Positions 50,874 through 63,849 of a stretch of 64,000 nucleotides of DNA are shown here, piece after piece. The position numbers were made by a program, and so were the translations under genes. How positions within the stretch are numbered: position 1 is the stretch's first letter; each line of letters begins with the position of its first letter. Below the pieces are notes generated by a model that saw only the letters and a program-made list of their open reading frames with translations, was not told the DNA's origin and ran no database searches. Source of the stretch: Chrysomallon squamiferum (lineage: Eukaryota; Animalia; Mollusca); contig CM022672.1 of NCBI GenBank assembly GCA_012295275.1, positions 16,244,001 to 16,308,000 on the forward strand, read 5' to 3'.

Positions 50874-53800
50874 TGTGCAGCACCTTATTTTGAAAATTTG
50901 CTCGTTTTTTTTTTTCAAAAAATTTGTTGCAGCACCTTTGGAAAATGTTGGAAACGATTTTGCCACACTCGCCCCCGACGCGCGCACCTTTGCACACGTT
51001 GAAATATTTTTCCCGACAGGACGGAATAGTAGTGCCACACGGATTTTCAACTTTTGAAAATCGATTTTTTTCAAGTTTCGTTGAAAATGCTAGGGGTACC
51101 TTTTTCAAAGTGCAATAACTTTTTCTGTGCACGTGGGAAAAATCGGGCGCACATACCCAAAAGTGGGGCAAGGGTTGCCCTACACGGGTGAAAAGTGCCG
51201 CACGCCGCACCCAAGGGGAACAACTCGTTTCCGACACGTGCACAAAAAACGCACATATTTTTGAAAATTTGCTCGTTTTTTTTCAAACGCATTTTCTAAA
51301 GGTGCAGCACCTTTGGAAAATGTTGGAAACGATTTTGCCACATCTCGCCCCGACGGCGCGCACCTTTTGCACACGTTGAAATATTTTTCCCGACAGGACG
51401 GAATAGTGCCACACGGATTTTCAACTTTTGAAAATCGAATTTTTTCAAGTTTCGTTGAAAATGCTAGGGGTACCTTTTTCAAAGTGCAATAATTTTTTCT
51501 GTGCACGTGGGAAAAATCGGGCGCACATACCCAAAAGTGGGGCAAGGGTTGCCCTACACGGGTGAAAAGTGCCGCACGCCGCACCCAAGGGGAACAACTC
51601 GTTTCCGACACGTGCACAAAAAACGCACATATTTTTGAAAATTTGCTCGTTTTTTTTTCAAACGCATTTTCTAAAGGTGCAGCACCTTTGGAAAATGTTG
51701 GAAACGATTTTGCCACACTCGCCCCGACGGCGCGCACCTTTTGCACACGTTGAAATATTTTTCCCGACAGGACGGAATAGTGCCACACGGATTTTCAACT
51801 TTTGAAAATCGAATTTTTTCAAGTTTCGTTGAAAATGCTAGGGGTACCTTTTTCAAAGTGCAATAACTTTTTCTGTGCACGTGGGAAAAATCGGGCGCAC
51901 ATACCCAAAAGTGGGGCAAGGGTTGCCCTACACGGGTGAAAAGTGCCGCACGCCGCACCCAAGGGGAACAACTCGTTTCCGACACGTGCACAAAAAACGC
52001 ACATATTTTTGAAAATTTGCTCGTTTTTTTTCAAACGCATTTTCTAAAGGTGCAGCACCTTTGGAAAATGTTGGAAACGATTTTGCCACACTCGCCCCGA
52101 CGGCGCGCACCTTTTGCACACGTTGAAATATTTTTCCCGACAGGACGGAATAGTGCCACACGGATTTTCAACTTTTGAAAATCGAATTTTTTCAAGTTTC
52201 GTTGAAAATGCTAGGGGTACCTTTTTCAAAGTGCAATAACTTTTTCTGTGCGCGTGGGAAAAATCGGGCGCACATACCCAAAAGTGGGGCAAGGGTTGCC
52301 CTACACGGGTGAAAAGTGCCGCACGCCGCACCCAAGGGGAACAACTCGTTTCCGACACGTGCACAAAAAAACGCACATATTTTTGAAAATTTGCTCGTTT
52401 TTTTTTCAAACGCATTTTCTAAAGGTGCAGCACCTTTGGAAAATGTTGGAAACGATTTTGCCACACTCGCCCCGACGGCGCGCACCTTTTGCACACGTTG
52501 AAATATTTTTCCCGACAGGACGGAATAGTGCCACACGGATTTTCAACTTTTGAAAATCGATTTTTTTCAAGTTTCGTTGAAAATGCTAGGGGTACCTTTT
52601 TCAAAGTGCAATAACTTTTTTCTGTGTGCGTGGGAAAAATCGGGCGCACATACCCAAAAAAGTGGGGCAAGGGTTGCCCTACACGGGTGAAAAGTGCCGC
52701 ACGCCGCACCCAAGGGGAACAACTCGTTTCCGACACGTGCACAAAAAACGCACATATTTTTGAAAATTTGCTCGTTTTTTTTTCAAACGCATTTTCTAAA
52801 GGTGCAGCACCTTTGGAAAATGTTGGAAACGATTTTGCCACACTCGCCCCGACGGCGCGCACCTTTTGCACACGTTGAAATATTTTTCCCGACAGGACGG
52901 AATAGTGCCACACGGATTTTCAACTTTTGAAAATCGAATTTTTTCAAGTTTCGTTGAAAATGCTAGGGGTACCTTTTCAAAGTGCAACTTTTTTTTTCTG
53001 TGCGTGGGAAAATCGGGCGCACATACCAAAAAAGTGGGGCAAAGGGTTGCCCTACACGGGTGAAAAAGTGCCGCCGCCGCACCCAAGGGGAACAACTCGT
53101 TTCCGACACGTGCACAAAAAACGCACATATTTTTGAAAATTTGCTCTTTTTTTTTTCAAACGCATTTTCTAAAGGTGCAGCACCTTTGGAAAATGTTGGA
53201 AACGATTTTGCCACACTCGCCCCGACGCGCGCACCTTTTTTGCACACGTTGAAATATTTTTCCCGACAGGACGGAATAGTGCCACACGGATTTTCAACTT
53301 TTGAAAATCGAATTTTTTCAAGTTTCGTTGAAAATGCTAGGGTACCTTATTCAAAGTGCAATAACTTTTTCTGTGCACGTGGGAAAAATCGGGCGCACAT
53401 ACCCAAAAGTGGGGCAAGGGTTGCCCTACACGGGTGAAAAGTGCCGCACGCCGCACCCAAGGGGAACAACTCGTTTCCGACACGTGCACAAAAAACGCAC
53501 ATATTTTTGAAAATTTGCTCTTTTTTTTTTCAAACGCATTTTCTAAAGGTGCAGCACCTTTGGAAAATGTTGAGGCTCGATTTTTGCCACCCCCCGCCCG
53601 ACGGCGCGCACCTTTTGCACACGTTGAAATATTTTTTTTCCCGACAGGACGGAATAGTGCCACACGGATTTTCAACTTTTGAAAATCGAATTTTTTCAAG
53701 TTTCGTTGAAAATGCTAGGGGTACCTTTTCAAAGTGCAATAACTTTTTTTTCTGTGTGCGTGGGAAAAATCGGGCGCACATACCCAAAAGTGGGGCAAGG

Positions 53801-56800
53801 GTTGCCCTACACGGGTGAAAAGTGCCGCACGCCGCACCCAAGGGGAACAACTCGTTTCCGACACGTGCACAAAAAACGCACATATTTTTGAAAATTTGCT
53901 CGTTTTTTTTCAAACGCATTTTCTAAAGGTGCAGCACCTTTGGAAAATGTTGGAAACGATTTTGCCACACTCGCCCCGACGGCGCGCACCTTTTGCACAC
54001 GTTGAAATATTTTTCCCGACAGGACGGAATAGTGCCACACGGATTTTCAACTTTTGAAAATCGAATTTTTTCAAGTTTCGTTGAAAATGCTAGGGGTACC
54101 TTTTTCAAAGTGCAATAACTTTTTCTGTGCGCGTGGGAAAAATCGGGCGCACATACCCAAAAGTGGGGCAAGGGTTGCCCTACACGGGTGAAAAGTGCCG
54201 CCGCCCACCAAAGGGGAACAACTCGTTTCCGACACGTGCACAAAAACGCACATATTTTGAAAAAAATTTGCTCGTTTTTTTTTTTTTCAAACGCATTTTC
54301 TAAAGGTGCAGCACCTTTGGAAAATGTTGGAAACTCATTTGCCACACTCGCCCCGACGGCGCGCACCTTTTGCACACGTTGAAATATTTTTCCCGACAGG
54401 ACGGAATAGTGCCACACGGATTTTCAACTTTTGAAAATCGACTTTTTTCAAGTTTCGTTGAAAATGCTAGGGGTACCTTTTTCAAAGTGCAATAACTTTT
54501 TCTGTGCGCGTGGGAAAAATCGGGCGCACATACCCAAAAGTGGGGCAAGGGTTGCCCTACACGGGTGAAAAGTGCCGCACGCCGCACCAAAGGGGAACAA
54601 CTCGTTTCCGACACGTGCACAAAAAACGCACATATTTTTGAAAATTTGCTCGTTTTTTTTCAAACGCATTTTCTAAAGGTGCAGCACCTTTGGAAAATGT
54701 TGGAAACGATTTTGCCACACTCGCCCCGACGGCGCGCACCTTTTGCACACGTTGAAATATTTTTCCCGACAGGACGGAATAGTGCCACACGGATTTTCAA
54801 CTTTTGAAAATCGAATTTTTTCAAGTTTCGTTGAAAATGCTAGGGGTACCTTTTTCAAAGTGCAAACTTTTTTTCTGTGCGCGTGGGAAAAATCGGGCGC
54901 ACATACCAAAAAGTGGGGCAAAGGGTTGCCCTACACGGGTGAAAAGTGCCGCACGCCGCACCCAAGGGGAACAACTCGTTTCCGACACGTGCACAAAAAA
55001 AACGCACATATTTTTGAAAATTTGCTCGTTTTTTTTTTTTTTCAAACGCATTTTCTAAAGGTGCAGCACCTTTGGAAAATGTTGGAAACGATTTTGCCAC
55101 ACTCGCCCCGACGGCGCGCACCTTTTGCACACGTTGAAATATTTTTCCCGACAGGACGGAATAGTGCCACACGGATTTTCAACTTTTGAAAATCGAATTT
55201 TTTCAAGTTTCGTTGAAAATGCTAGGGGTACCTTTTTCAAAGTGCAACTTTTTTCTGTGCGCGTGGGAAAAATCGGGCGCACATACCCAAAAGTGGGGCA
55301 AGGGTTGCCCTACACGGGTGAAAAGTGCCGCACGCCGCACCCAAGGGGAACAACTCGTTTCCGACACGTGCACAAAAAACGCACATATTTTTGAAAATTT
55401 GCTCGTTTTTTTTTCAAACGCATTTTCTAAAGGTGCAGCACCTTTGGAAAATGTTGGAAACCATTTTGCCACACTCGCCCCGACGGCGCGCACCTTTTGC
55501 ACACGTTGAAATATTTTTCCCGACAGGACGGAATAGTGCCACACGGATTTTCAACTTTTGAAAATCATTTTTTTTTTTTTTTTTTTGAAAATCGAATTTT
55601 TCAAGTTTCGTTGAAAATGCTAGGGGTACCTTATTCAAAGTGCAATAACTTTTTTTTCTGTGTGCGTGGGAAAAATCGGGCGCACATACCCAAAAAAAGT
55701 GGGGCAAGGGTTGCCCTACACGGGTGAAAAGTGCCGCACGCCCCCAAAGGGGAACAACTCGTTTCCGACACGTGCACAAAAAACGCACATATTTTTGAAA
55801 ATTTGCTCTTTTTTTTTTCAAACGCATTTTCTAAAGGTGCAGCACCTTTGGAAAATGTTGAAAACCATTTTGCCACACTCGCCCCGACGGCGCGCACCTT
55901 TTGCACACGTTGAAATATTTTTCCCGACAGGACGGAATAGTGCCACACGGATTTTCAACTTTTGAAAATCGAATTTTTTCAAGTTTCGTTGAAAATGCTA
56001 GGGGTACCTTTTTCAAAGTGCAATAACTTTTTCTGTGCACGTGGGAAAAATCGGGCGCACATACCCAAAAGTGGGGCAAGGGTTGCCCTACACGGGTGAA
56101 AAGTGCCGCACGCCGCACCCAAGGGGAACAACTCGTTTCCGACACGTGCACAAAAAACGCACATATTTTTGAAAATTTGCTCGTTTTTTTTTCAAACGCA
56201 TTTTCTAAAGGTGCAGCACCTTTGGAAAATGTTGGAAACGATTTTGCCCACACTCGCCCCGACGGCGCGCACCTTTTGCACACGTTGAAATATTTTTCCC
56301 GACAGGACGGAATAGTGCCACACGGATTTTCAACTTTTGAAAATCGAATTTTTTCAAGTTTCGTTGAAAATGCTAGGGGTACCTTTTTCAAAGTGCAATA
56401 ACTTTTTTTCTGTGTGCGTGGGAAAAATCGGGGCACATACCAAAAAAAGTGGGGCAAGGGTTGCCCTACACGGGTGAAAAGTGCCGCACGCCCCACCCAA
56501 GGGGAACAACTCGTTTCCGACACGTGCACAAAAAACGCACATATTTTTGAAAATTTGCTCGTTTTTTTTTCAAACGCATTTTCTAAAGGTGCAGCACCTT
56601 TGGAAAATGTTGGAAACGATTTTGCCACACTCGCCCCGACGGCGCGCACCTTTTGCACACGTTGAAATATTTTTCCCGACAGGACGGAATAGTGCCACAC
56701 GGATTTTCAACTTTTGAAAATCGAATTTTTTCAAGTTTCGTTGAAAATGCTAGGGGTACCTTTTCAAAGTGCAATAACTTTTTCTGTGCACGTGGGAAAA

Positions 56801-59800
56801 ATCGGGCGCACATACCCAAAAGTGGGGCAAGGGTTGCCCTACACGGGTGAAAAGTGCCGCACGCCGCACCCAAGGGGAACAACTCGTTTCCGACACGTGC
56901 ACAAAAAACGCACATATTTTTGAAAATTTGCTTTTTTTTTCAAACGCATTTTCTAAAGGTGCAGCACCTTTGGAAAATGTTGGGATCGATTTTGCCACTC
57001 TCTCGCCCCGACGGCGCGCACCTTTTGCACACGTTGAAATATTTTTCCCGACAGGACGGAATAGTGCCACACGGATTTTCAACTTTTGAAAATCGAATTT
57101 TTTCAAGTTTCGTTGAAAATGCTAGGGGTACCTTTTTCAAAGTGCAATAACTTTTTCTGTGCACGTGGGAAAAATCGGGCGCACATACCCAAAAGTGGGG
57201 CAAGGGTTGCCCTACACGGGTGAAAAGTGTGCCGCGCCCCACCCAAGGGGAACAACTCGTTTCCGACACGTGCACAAAAAACGCACATATTTTTGAAAAT
57301 TTGCTCGTTTTTTTTTTCAAACGCATTTTCTAAAGGTGCAGCACCTTTGGAAAATGTTGGAAACGATTTTGCCACACTCGCCCCGACGGCGCGCACCTTT
57401 TGCACACGTTGAAATATTTTTCCCGACAGGACGGAATAGTGCCACACGGATTTTCAACTTTTGAAAATCGAATTTTTTCAAGTTTCGTTGAAAATGCTAG
57501 GGGTACCTTTTTCAAAGTGCAATAACTTTTTCTGTGCACGTGGGAAAAATCGGGCGCACATACCCAAAAGTGGGGCAAGGGTTGCCCTACACGGGTGAAA
57601 AGTGCCGCACGCCGCACCCAAGGGGAACAACTCGTTTCCGACACGTGCACAAAAAACGCACATATTTTTGAAAATTTGCTCGTTTTTTTTTCAAACGCAT
57701 TTTCTAAAGGTGCAGCACCTTTGGAAAATGTTGGAAACCATTTTGCCACACTCGCCCCGACGGCGCGCACCTTTTGCACACGTTGAAATATTTTTCCCGA
57801 CAGGACGGAATAGTGCCACACGGATTTTCAACTTTTGAAAATCGAATTTTTTCAAGTTTCGTTGAAAATGCTAGGGGTACCTTTTCAAAGTGCAATAACT
57901 TTTTCTGTGCACGTGGGAAAAATCGGGCGCACATACCCAAAAGTGGGGCAAGGGTTGCCCTACACGGGTGAAAAGTGCCGCACGCCCACCCAAGGGGAAC
58001 AACTCGTTTCCGACACGTGCACAAAAAACGCACATATTTTTGAAAATTTGCTCGTTTTTTTTTCAAACGCATTTTCTAAAGGTGCAGCACCTTTGGAAAA
58101 TGTTGGAAACGATTTTGCCACACTCGCCCCGACGGCGCGCACCTTTTGCACACGTTGAAATATTTTTCCCGACAGGACGGAATAGTGCCACACGGATTTT
58201 CAACTTTTGAAAATCTGAATTTTTTCAAGTTTCGTTGAAAATGCTAGGGGTACCTTTTTCAAAGTGCAATAACTTTTTCTGTGCACGTGGGAAAAATCGG
58301 GCGCACATACCCAAAAGTGGGGCAAGGGTTGCCCTACACGGGTGAAAAGTGCCGCACGCCGCACCCAAGGGGAACAACTCGTTTCCGACACGTGCACAAA
58401 AAACGCACATATTTTTGAAAATTTGCTCGTTTTTTTTTCAAACGCATTTTCTAAAGGTGCAGCACCTTTGGAAAATGTTGGAAACTCGATTTTGCCACAC
58501 TCGCCCCGACGGCGCGCACCTTTTGCACACGTTGAAATATTTTTCCCGACAGGACGGAATAGTGCCACACGGATTTTCAACTTTTGAAAATCGAATTTTT
58601 TCAAGTTTCGTTGAAAATGCTAGGGGTACCTTTTTCAAAGTGCAATAACTTTTTCTGTGCGCGTGGGAAAAATCGGGCGCACATACCCAAAAGTGGGGCA
58701 AGGGTTGCCCTACACGGGTGAAAAGTGCCGCACGCCCACCCAAGGGGAACAACTCGTTTCCGACACGTGCACAAAAAACGCACATATTTTTGAAAATTTG
58801 CTCGTTTTTTTTTCAAACGCATTTTCTAAAGGTGCAGCACCTTTGGAAAATGTTGGAAACGATTTTGCCACACTCGCCCCGACGGCGCGCACCTTTTGCA
58901 CACGTTGAAATATTTTTCCCGACAGGACGGAATAGTGCCACACGGATTTTCAACTTTTGAAAATCGAATTTTTTCAAGTTTCGTTGAAAATGCTAGGGGT
59001 ACCTTATTCAAAGTGCAATAACTTTTTCTGTGCACGTGGGAAAAATCGGGCGCACATACCCAAAAGTGGGGCAAGGGTTGCCCTACACGGGTGAAAAGTG
59101 CCGCACGCCGCACCCAAGGGGAACAACTCGTTTCCGACACGTGCACAAAAAACGCACATATTTTTGAAAATTTGCTCGTTTTTTTTTCAAACGCATTTTC
59201 TAAAGGTGCAGCACCTTTGGAAAATGTTGGAAACGATTTTGCCACACTCGCCCCGACGGCGCGCACCTTTTTGCACGTTGAAATATTTTTCCCGACAGGA
59301 CGGAATAGTGCCACACGGATTTTCAACTTTTGAAAATCGAATTTTTTCAAGTTTCGTTGAAAATGCTAGGGGTACCTTATTCAAAGTGCAATAACTTTTT
59401 CTGTGCGCGTGGGAAAAATCGGGCGCACATACCCAAAAGTGGGGCAAGGGTTGCCCTACACGGGTGAAAAGTGCCGCACGCCGCACCCAAGGGGAACAAC
59501 TCGTTTCCGACACGTGCACAAAAAACGCACATATTTTTGAAAATTTGCTCGTTTTTTTTTCAAACGCATTTTCTAAAGGTGCAGCACCTTTGGAAAATGT
59601 TGGAAACGATTTTGCCACACTCGCCCCGACGGCGCGCACCTTTTGCACACGTTGAAATATTTTTCCCGACAGGACGGAATAGTGCCACACGGATTTTCAA
59701 CTTTTGAAAATCAGATTTTTCAAGTTTCGTTGAAAATGCTAGGGGTACCTTATTCAAAGTGCAATAACTTTTTCTGTGCACGTGGGAAAAATCGGGCGCA

Positions 59801-59951
59801 CATACCCAAAAGTGGGGCAAGGGTTGCCCTACACGGGTGAAAAGTGCCGCACGCCCACCCAAGGGGAACAACTCGTTTCCGACACGTGCACAAAAAACGC
59901 ACATATTTTTGAAAATTTGCTCGTTTTTTTTTCAAACGCATTTTCTAAAGG
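50874..59951. repeat. Satellite DNA array, ~374-bp monomer, about 24 assembled copies, truncated by an assembly gap
   Basis: The marker GCTAGGG(G)TACC recurs 24 times (51090, 51464, 51838, 52211 ... 59739), mostly at 373-382-bp spacing. Copies are near-identical apart from homopolymer lengths. The array is richer in GC and CpG than its flanks, and the first copy is degenerate. Confidence 0.98.
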
Positions 59952-59965
59952 TAAAAGGTGAAGGT

Positions 59966-60165
59966 NNNNNNNNNNNNNNNNNNNNNNNNNNNNNNNNNNN
60001 NNNNNNNNNNNNNNNNNNNNNNNNNNNNNNNNNNNNNNNNNNNNNNNNNNNNNNNNNNNNNNNNNNNNNNNNNNNNNNNNNNNNNNNNNNNNNNNNNNNN
60101 NNNNNNNNNNNNNNNNNNNNNNNNNNNNNNNNNNNNNNNNNNNNNNNNNNNNNNNNNNNNNNNNN
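59966..60165. other. Scaffolding gap (exactly 200 N)
   Basis: Round-number N run at the end of the satellite; true gap size is unknown. Confidence 0.99.
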
Positions 60166-61454
60166 TATGCTATAAATTGGAATATAGACATTTCTAATAA
60201 ACTCAGAATTTAATAACATGTTGCTTGGAATAAATATACAAGTAGAAAAAATAAATTTGTATAATGAATGATACTGGTTTTATCACTAGTATTTTTAACA
60301 ACATATATGTTAAATGATCTTCATCATTATAAACATCTGTAATAGTATTTTGTCAGTCATATTTATGAACAAAAATATTTTTCCTTTTAGATTCAGGTTT
60401 TAATTACATGAAGTGCTTGTAAATTCTTTTCATAATTACTTGAAATAATGTGTAATTTATGATCACTCAACAAAAGTAAACTGTTTTATGAAGTATTATT
60501 TTATACACACATTAAATTAAAATATATATATACTTTATATTTTAAAGCTAAACACACAGAAGATTAGTACAATATGGAATTATAAATTTCTTATTTCTTA
60601 ACAGTTAAAAACAGCTAATTACAAATATCTGAAGAAACACACCAACAAATGATTTTGAAAATAGGCTGATATTTACAAGCATTCTCTTCACAAAACAATT
60701 ATTAAATCTTCTAAATTCCAAAAAGCACATTATTTTACTGATTTCTTAATAATTCAATTCAAATGTCTAAACATTAAGAATAATAAGAATATTTTGCCTT
60801 AGAATGTTAATATTATAAATGAAGTTTGTTTATCATCAGTATCTTGTATAACTAACTAACTGGATTACTTTAAACAATGATGGTTACATTGGTGCATCTA
60901 ATTAGTTGTTGTTGTTCACAGTGAATTAAACTTCTTTAAAAGATTTTAGAATATAAAACTGATTTTACTTTTGTATTAAATTATGGAGTTAAATTCTTGA
61001 ATTATACTAATACAAACTACATTGTGCTAAATAAAATTGTGCACACATATATGGATACATTCCTTTAGAATTTTTCAGAACATAATTATCTTTCAGCATT
61101 ATTTCCATCTTCAATAAATCATCATCCATCCTCATATTATAACTGCTGATGTATCAAATTTACAAATAAAATTCATTCTCTTATACCTTTGATTTTGTTG
61201 ACAACTGTCCCTTCTTCAAGAATGTTACATCATCAACTTATAAGCAAATTGCCACAGTAATGGAAACCGTAAAATTAATGGTTTCCTTGTTCAAAATAAT
61301 TCTGCAATATTTAATAAACTTTATCCATATTCCCTTTCTTTGCCTTCTTGATATTAATGAAAGGAAATAAAATATAAACAAATTATAAATCTGATCATAG
61401 ATATAACAAATTTATCTGTTTCTAAATAATTTTGAAACTAAAAATACATTTCAA

Positions 61455-61525
61455 TAATAAAAATAATAATAATAATAATAATAATAATAATTAATAAATA
61501 AATAAATAAATATTAGTAACTGGGT

Positions 61526-61556
<31 letters not shown>

Positions 61557-61590
61557 TAATAAATAAATAAATAAATATTAGTAACTGGGT

Positions 61591-61641
<51 letters not shown>

Positions 61642-61650
61642 TAATAATCT
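61455..61650. repeat. Tandem duplication of a (TAA)n-(TAAA)n-TATTAGTAACTGGGTTATATA unit
   Basis: TATTAGTAACTGGGTTATATATAATAAT occurs twice, about 65 bp apart, among TAA runs. Confidence 0.85.
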
Positions 61651-63159
61651 TAGAACAACAACAGTCATCCAACAATAATGAAAACTGTATGTATCAGCAA
61701 TTAAAATAATACAAAAAACATAACAAAAGTACATCTCATAGACTACCTATATTTTTGTAAACGAAAATAAACTTAATTTATTTCCCACAAATGTGTAAAA
61801 ACAGTCTTTTATGAATATAAATTCAAGTCGTGTCATTTTTTTTCCTTCTACTTATGTATTTACAAAAAAAAAATGTATCATTATTAAAAGTTCAAATATT
61901 CAAACAAAATCTGTAATAGCAAGCTAAGTAGCATGTAAAATATACAAAGCTTATCAATAATAAAACAATACCAAAACAAAACAAACTGAAAAACAACAAC
62001 AAAAAAGCAATTCACATACATATAATTAATTTTTCTACATATTGTTATCTATAATGTACAAAATAGTCTGACACTGAATATGCTGGCTTTAGAATTTTTA
62101 AATGTACAGTGATCAAATATGAATAACACGAACTGCAACAAATAAGCAAAATCAATCCAAAGATATTAAGTAGTTGAGAAATATTTACAATTTAATTACA
62201 TATCAAAATTTTCATGCCATACATCTGAAATATCAGACTGGGAAAACTTCAAGGTATACAAAATACTACACATAAGAAACATTATGAATAAACAGTATTA
62301 TTATTATTATTTTCTTTTTAAAGTGAAACAAAAAATACTGTATTATAACAGAATAACACTTTTGGAAAACAAATCAATCTAAAGTAGCAAAATTAACTCT
62401 GAAAGCAATGTATATAACCTAAACTCATATTTAATACAAAAATGTTGGTTACATAAGTCATACTGAATTCAGATGTGTTACTGGTTAACTTTAATTCAAT
62501 GTATCATCACTGCTGCTAGTTTCTGCAAACCATTAATATTTCATCACCAAATCAAATCAATAATTAAAATGAACAATCTTTAGCCTGTCATGCAATGTGA
62601 CCAATTCTAATAATAAAACAAAGTGAAAATGAAGATTTATTTATATATATTTTTTTAAACATATATTTCATTATTCACTGACAATATGATTGTATATAAT
62701 ATTGATGAATATTTACATAATACATTATAATACAAATATCTCACTGGTTTGTATTTAAAGGTAGTATGGTGATGTTCTATGCTCTGTAAAATATTAACTG
62801 TTTGTCTGTCTCACAGATTTTATTTACATTTTACTGAGCTTCTGTTAGGTTAGGTTATGTCCAGCATCCCATTTCTTTACGTGAAATGTTTCACAAGAAC
62901 AGTTGTTTGTTTGTTTCATGTACTACCTATTATGAGTTTTTCTTGGTTTATATCTTATACATCGAATATTTTACACTTTCTTATCTATAATGTTTTCATG
63001 TTTCAAAGAATTATTAATATTTTACTACACTAAAATACATAGAACTAAATATTCAATATAAGTTTAATGAAAGCATTTAATATGCTAAAACACTTAGAAC
63101 AGTTTTATGCATTTCACTGTTTTATGTTTCAATTAATTTTAAAACAGGCCCCTGTTATT

Positions 63160-63849
63160 TCAGACAGATGTTTCATTTGTGATTCCTTTTCTAGCCAGCT
63201 GTTCTCTCACTCTTTTCAGGTAATCTGGATCAGGATACCCATTTCTAAAATAAAAATAGCATAAAAACAATTACAGGAATTAATAAATATTTCATTCACA
63301 GAAATTCTACCCAATCAGCAACAGAGGAAAACAGTCTGACATTCAGACAAAATCCTGAAGGATAAACGTTTTTGACCCATGAAGAAAATACAAACTGTTG
63401 ATTGGGGTCCCTGTCTTAGTTTTGGATGAAGTTAAAGATTCATAGCAATAAATTTTCTGATATCATTTTGACATTATAAAATTACTCCATCATATCTAGA
63501 ACTAGGTGCTATACTTAAAAGTATATACTTTTTCTCATTAAAAAGAGATAAATAAAATAATTTTATTTTCATATAAAGAAATTTATTTCAGATGTTACGT
63601 ATGATAATTATATGAACAAATAAAAGAATGAAAAAAAAACTACACTTACTTTTCTGGACCTCCCCATGTATTTGTTTTATGTTCAATGTCACTCCATTTT
63701 ATAACGTTATCTGCCCCAATGATGAAAGTAAGTCCTCTGTCAAAAGCAATCTTCAACAATTTGTAGACTGTCCGACCTTCCTCATTATTTGGCAAATAAG
63801 CTTTCTTTCTTGTAGAATAATATTCCTTCCCTGGATTGGGATGTCCTTC
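63160..63849 (-). CDS. Deltex-family (DTX3/DTX3L-like) protein, last two exons encoding the Deltex C-terminal (DTC) domain; 5' part lies beyond the window
   Basis: Exon 63650-63849 reads EGHPNPGKEYYSTRKKAYLPNNEEGRTVYKLLKIAFDRGLTFIIGADNVIKWSDIEHKTNTWGGPE(K). Exon 63160-63244 reads NGYPDPDYLKRVREQLARKGITNETSV*. HPNPG, AYLP, AFDR, HKT and GYPDPxYL are DTC hallmarks. The intron between them is a phase-2 GT-AG. Confidence 0.92.

Noticed and set aside
50874-59951. Satellite as a hammerhead-ribozyme retrozyme, or a 5S, tRNA, snRNA, SL or histone array, or CRISPR
   Set aside because: The monomer size fits retrozymes, but no CTGANGA core is present on either strand of the consensus. No recognisable 5S, tRNA, snRNA or histone sequence, and no unique spacers. 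Other ribozyme classes cannot be excluded by eye.
50851-60219. Dozens of overlapping ORFs (up to 289 aa) in the satellite
   Set aside because: They are translations of a stop-poor repeat. Frames change with homopolymer length between copies and no domain is recognisable.
61187-61350. Possible extra minus-strand exon after the Deltex stop
   Set aside because: No clean acceptor, a stop in the best-looking frame, and no recognisable similarity.
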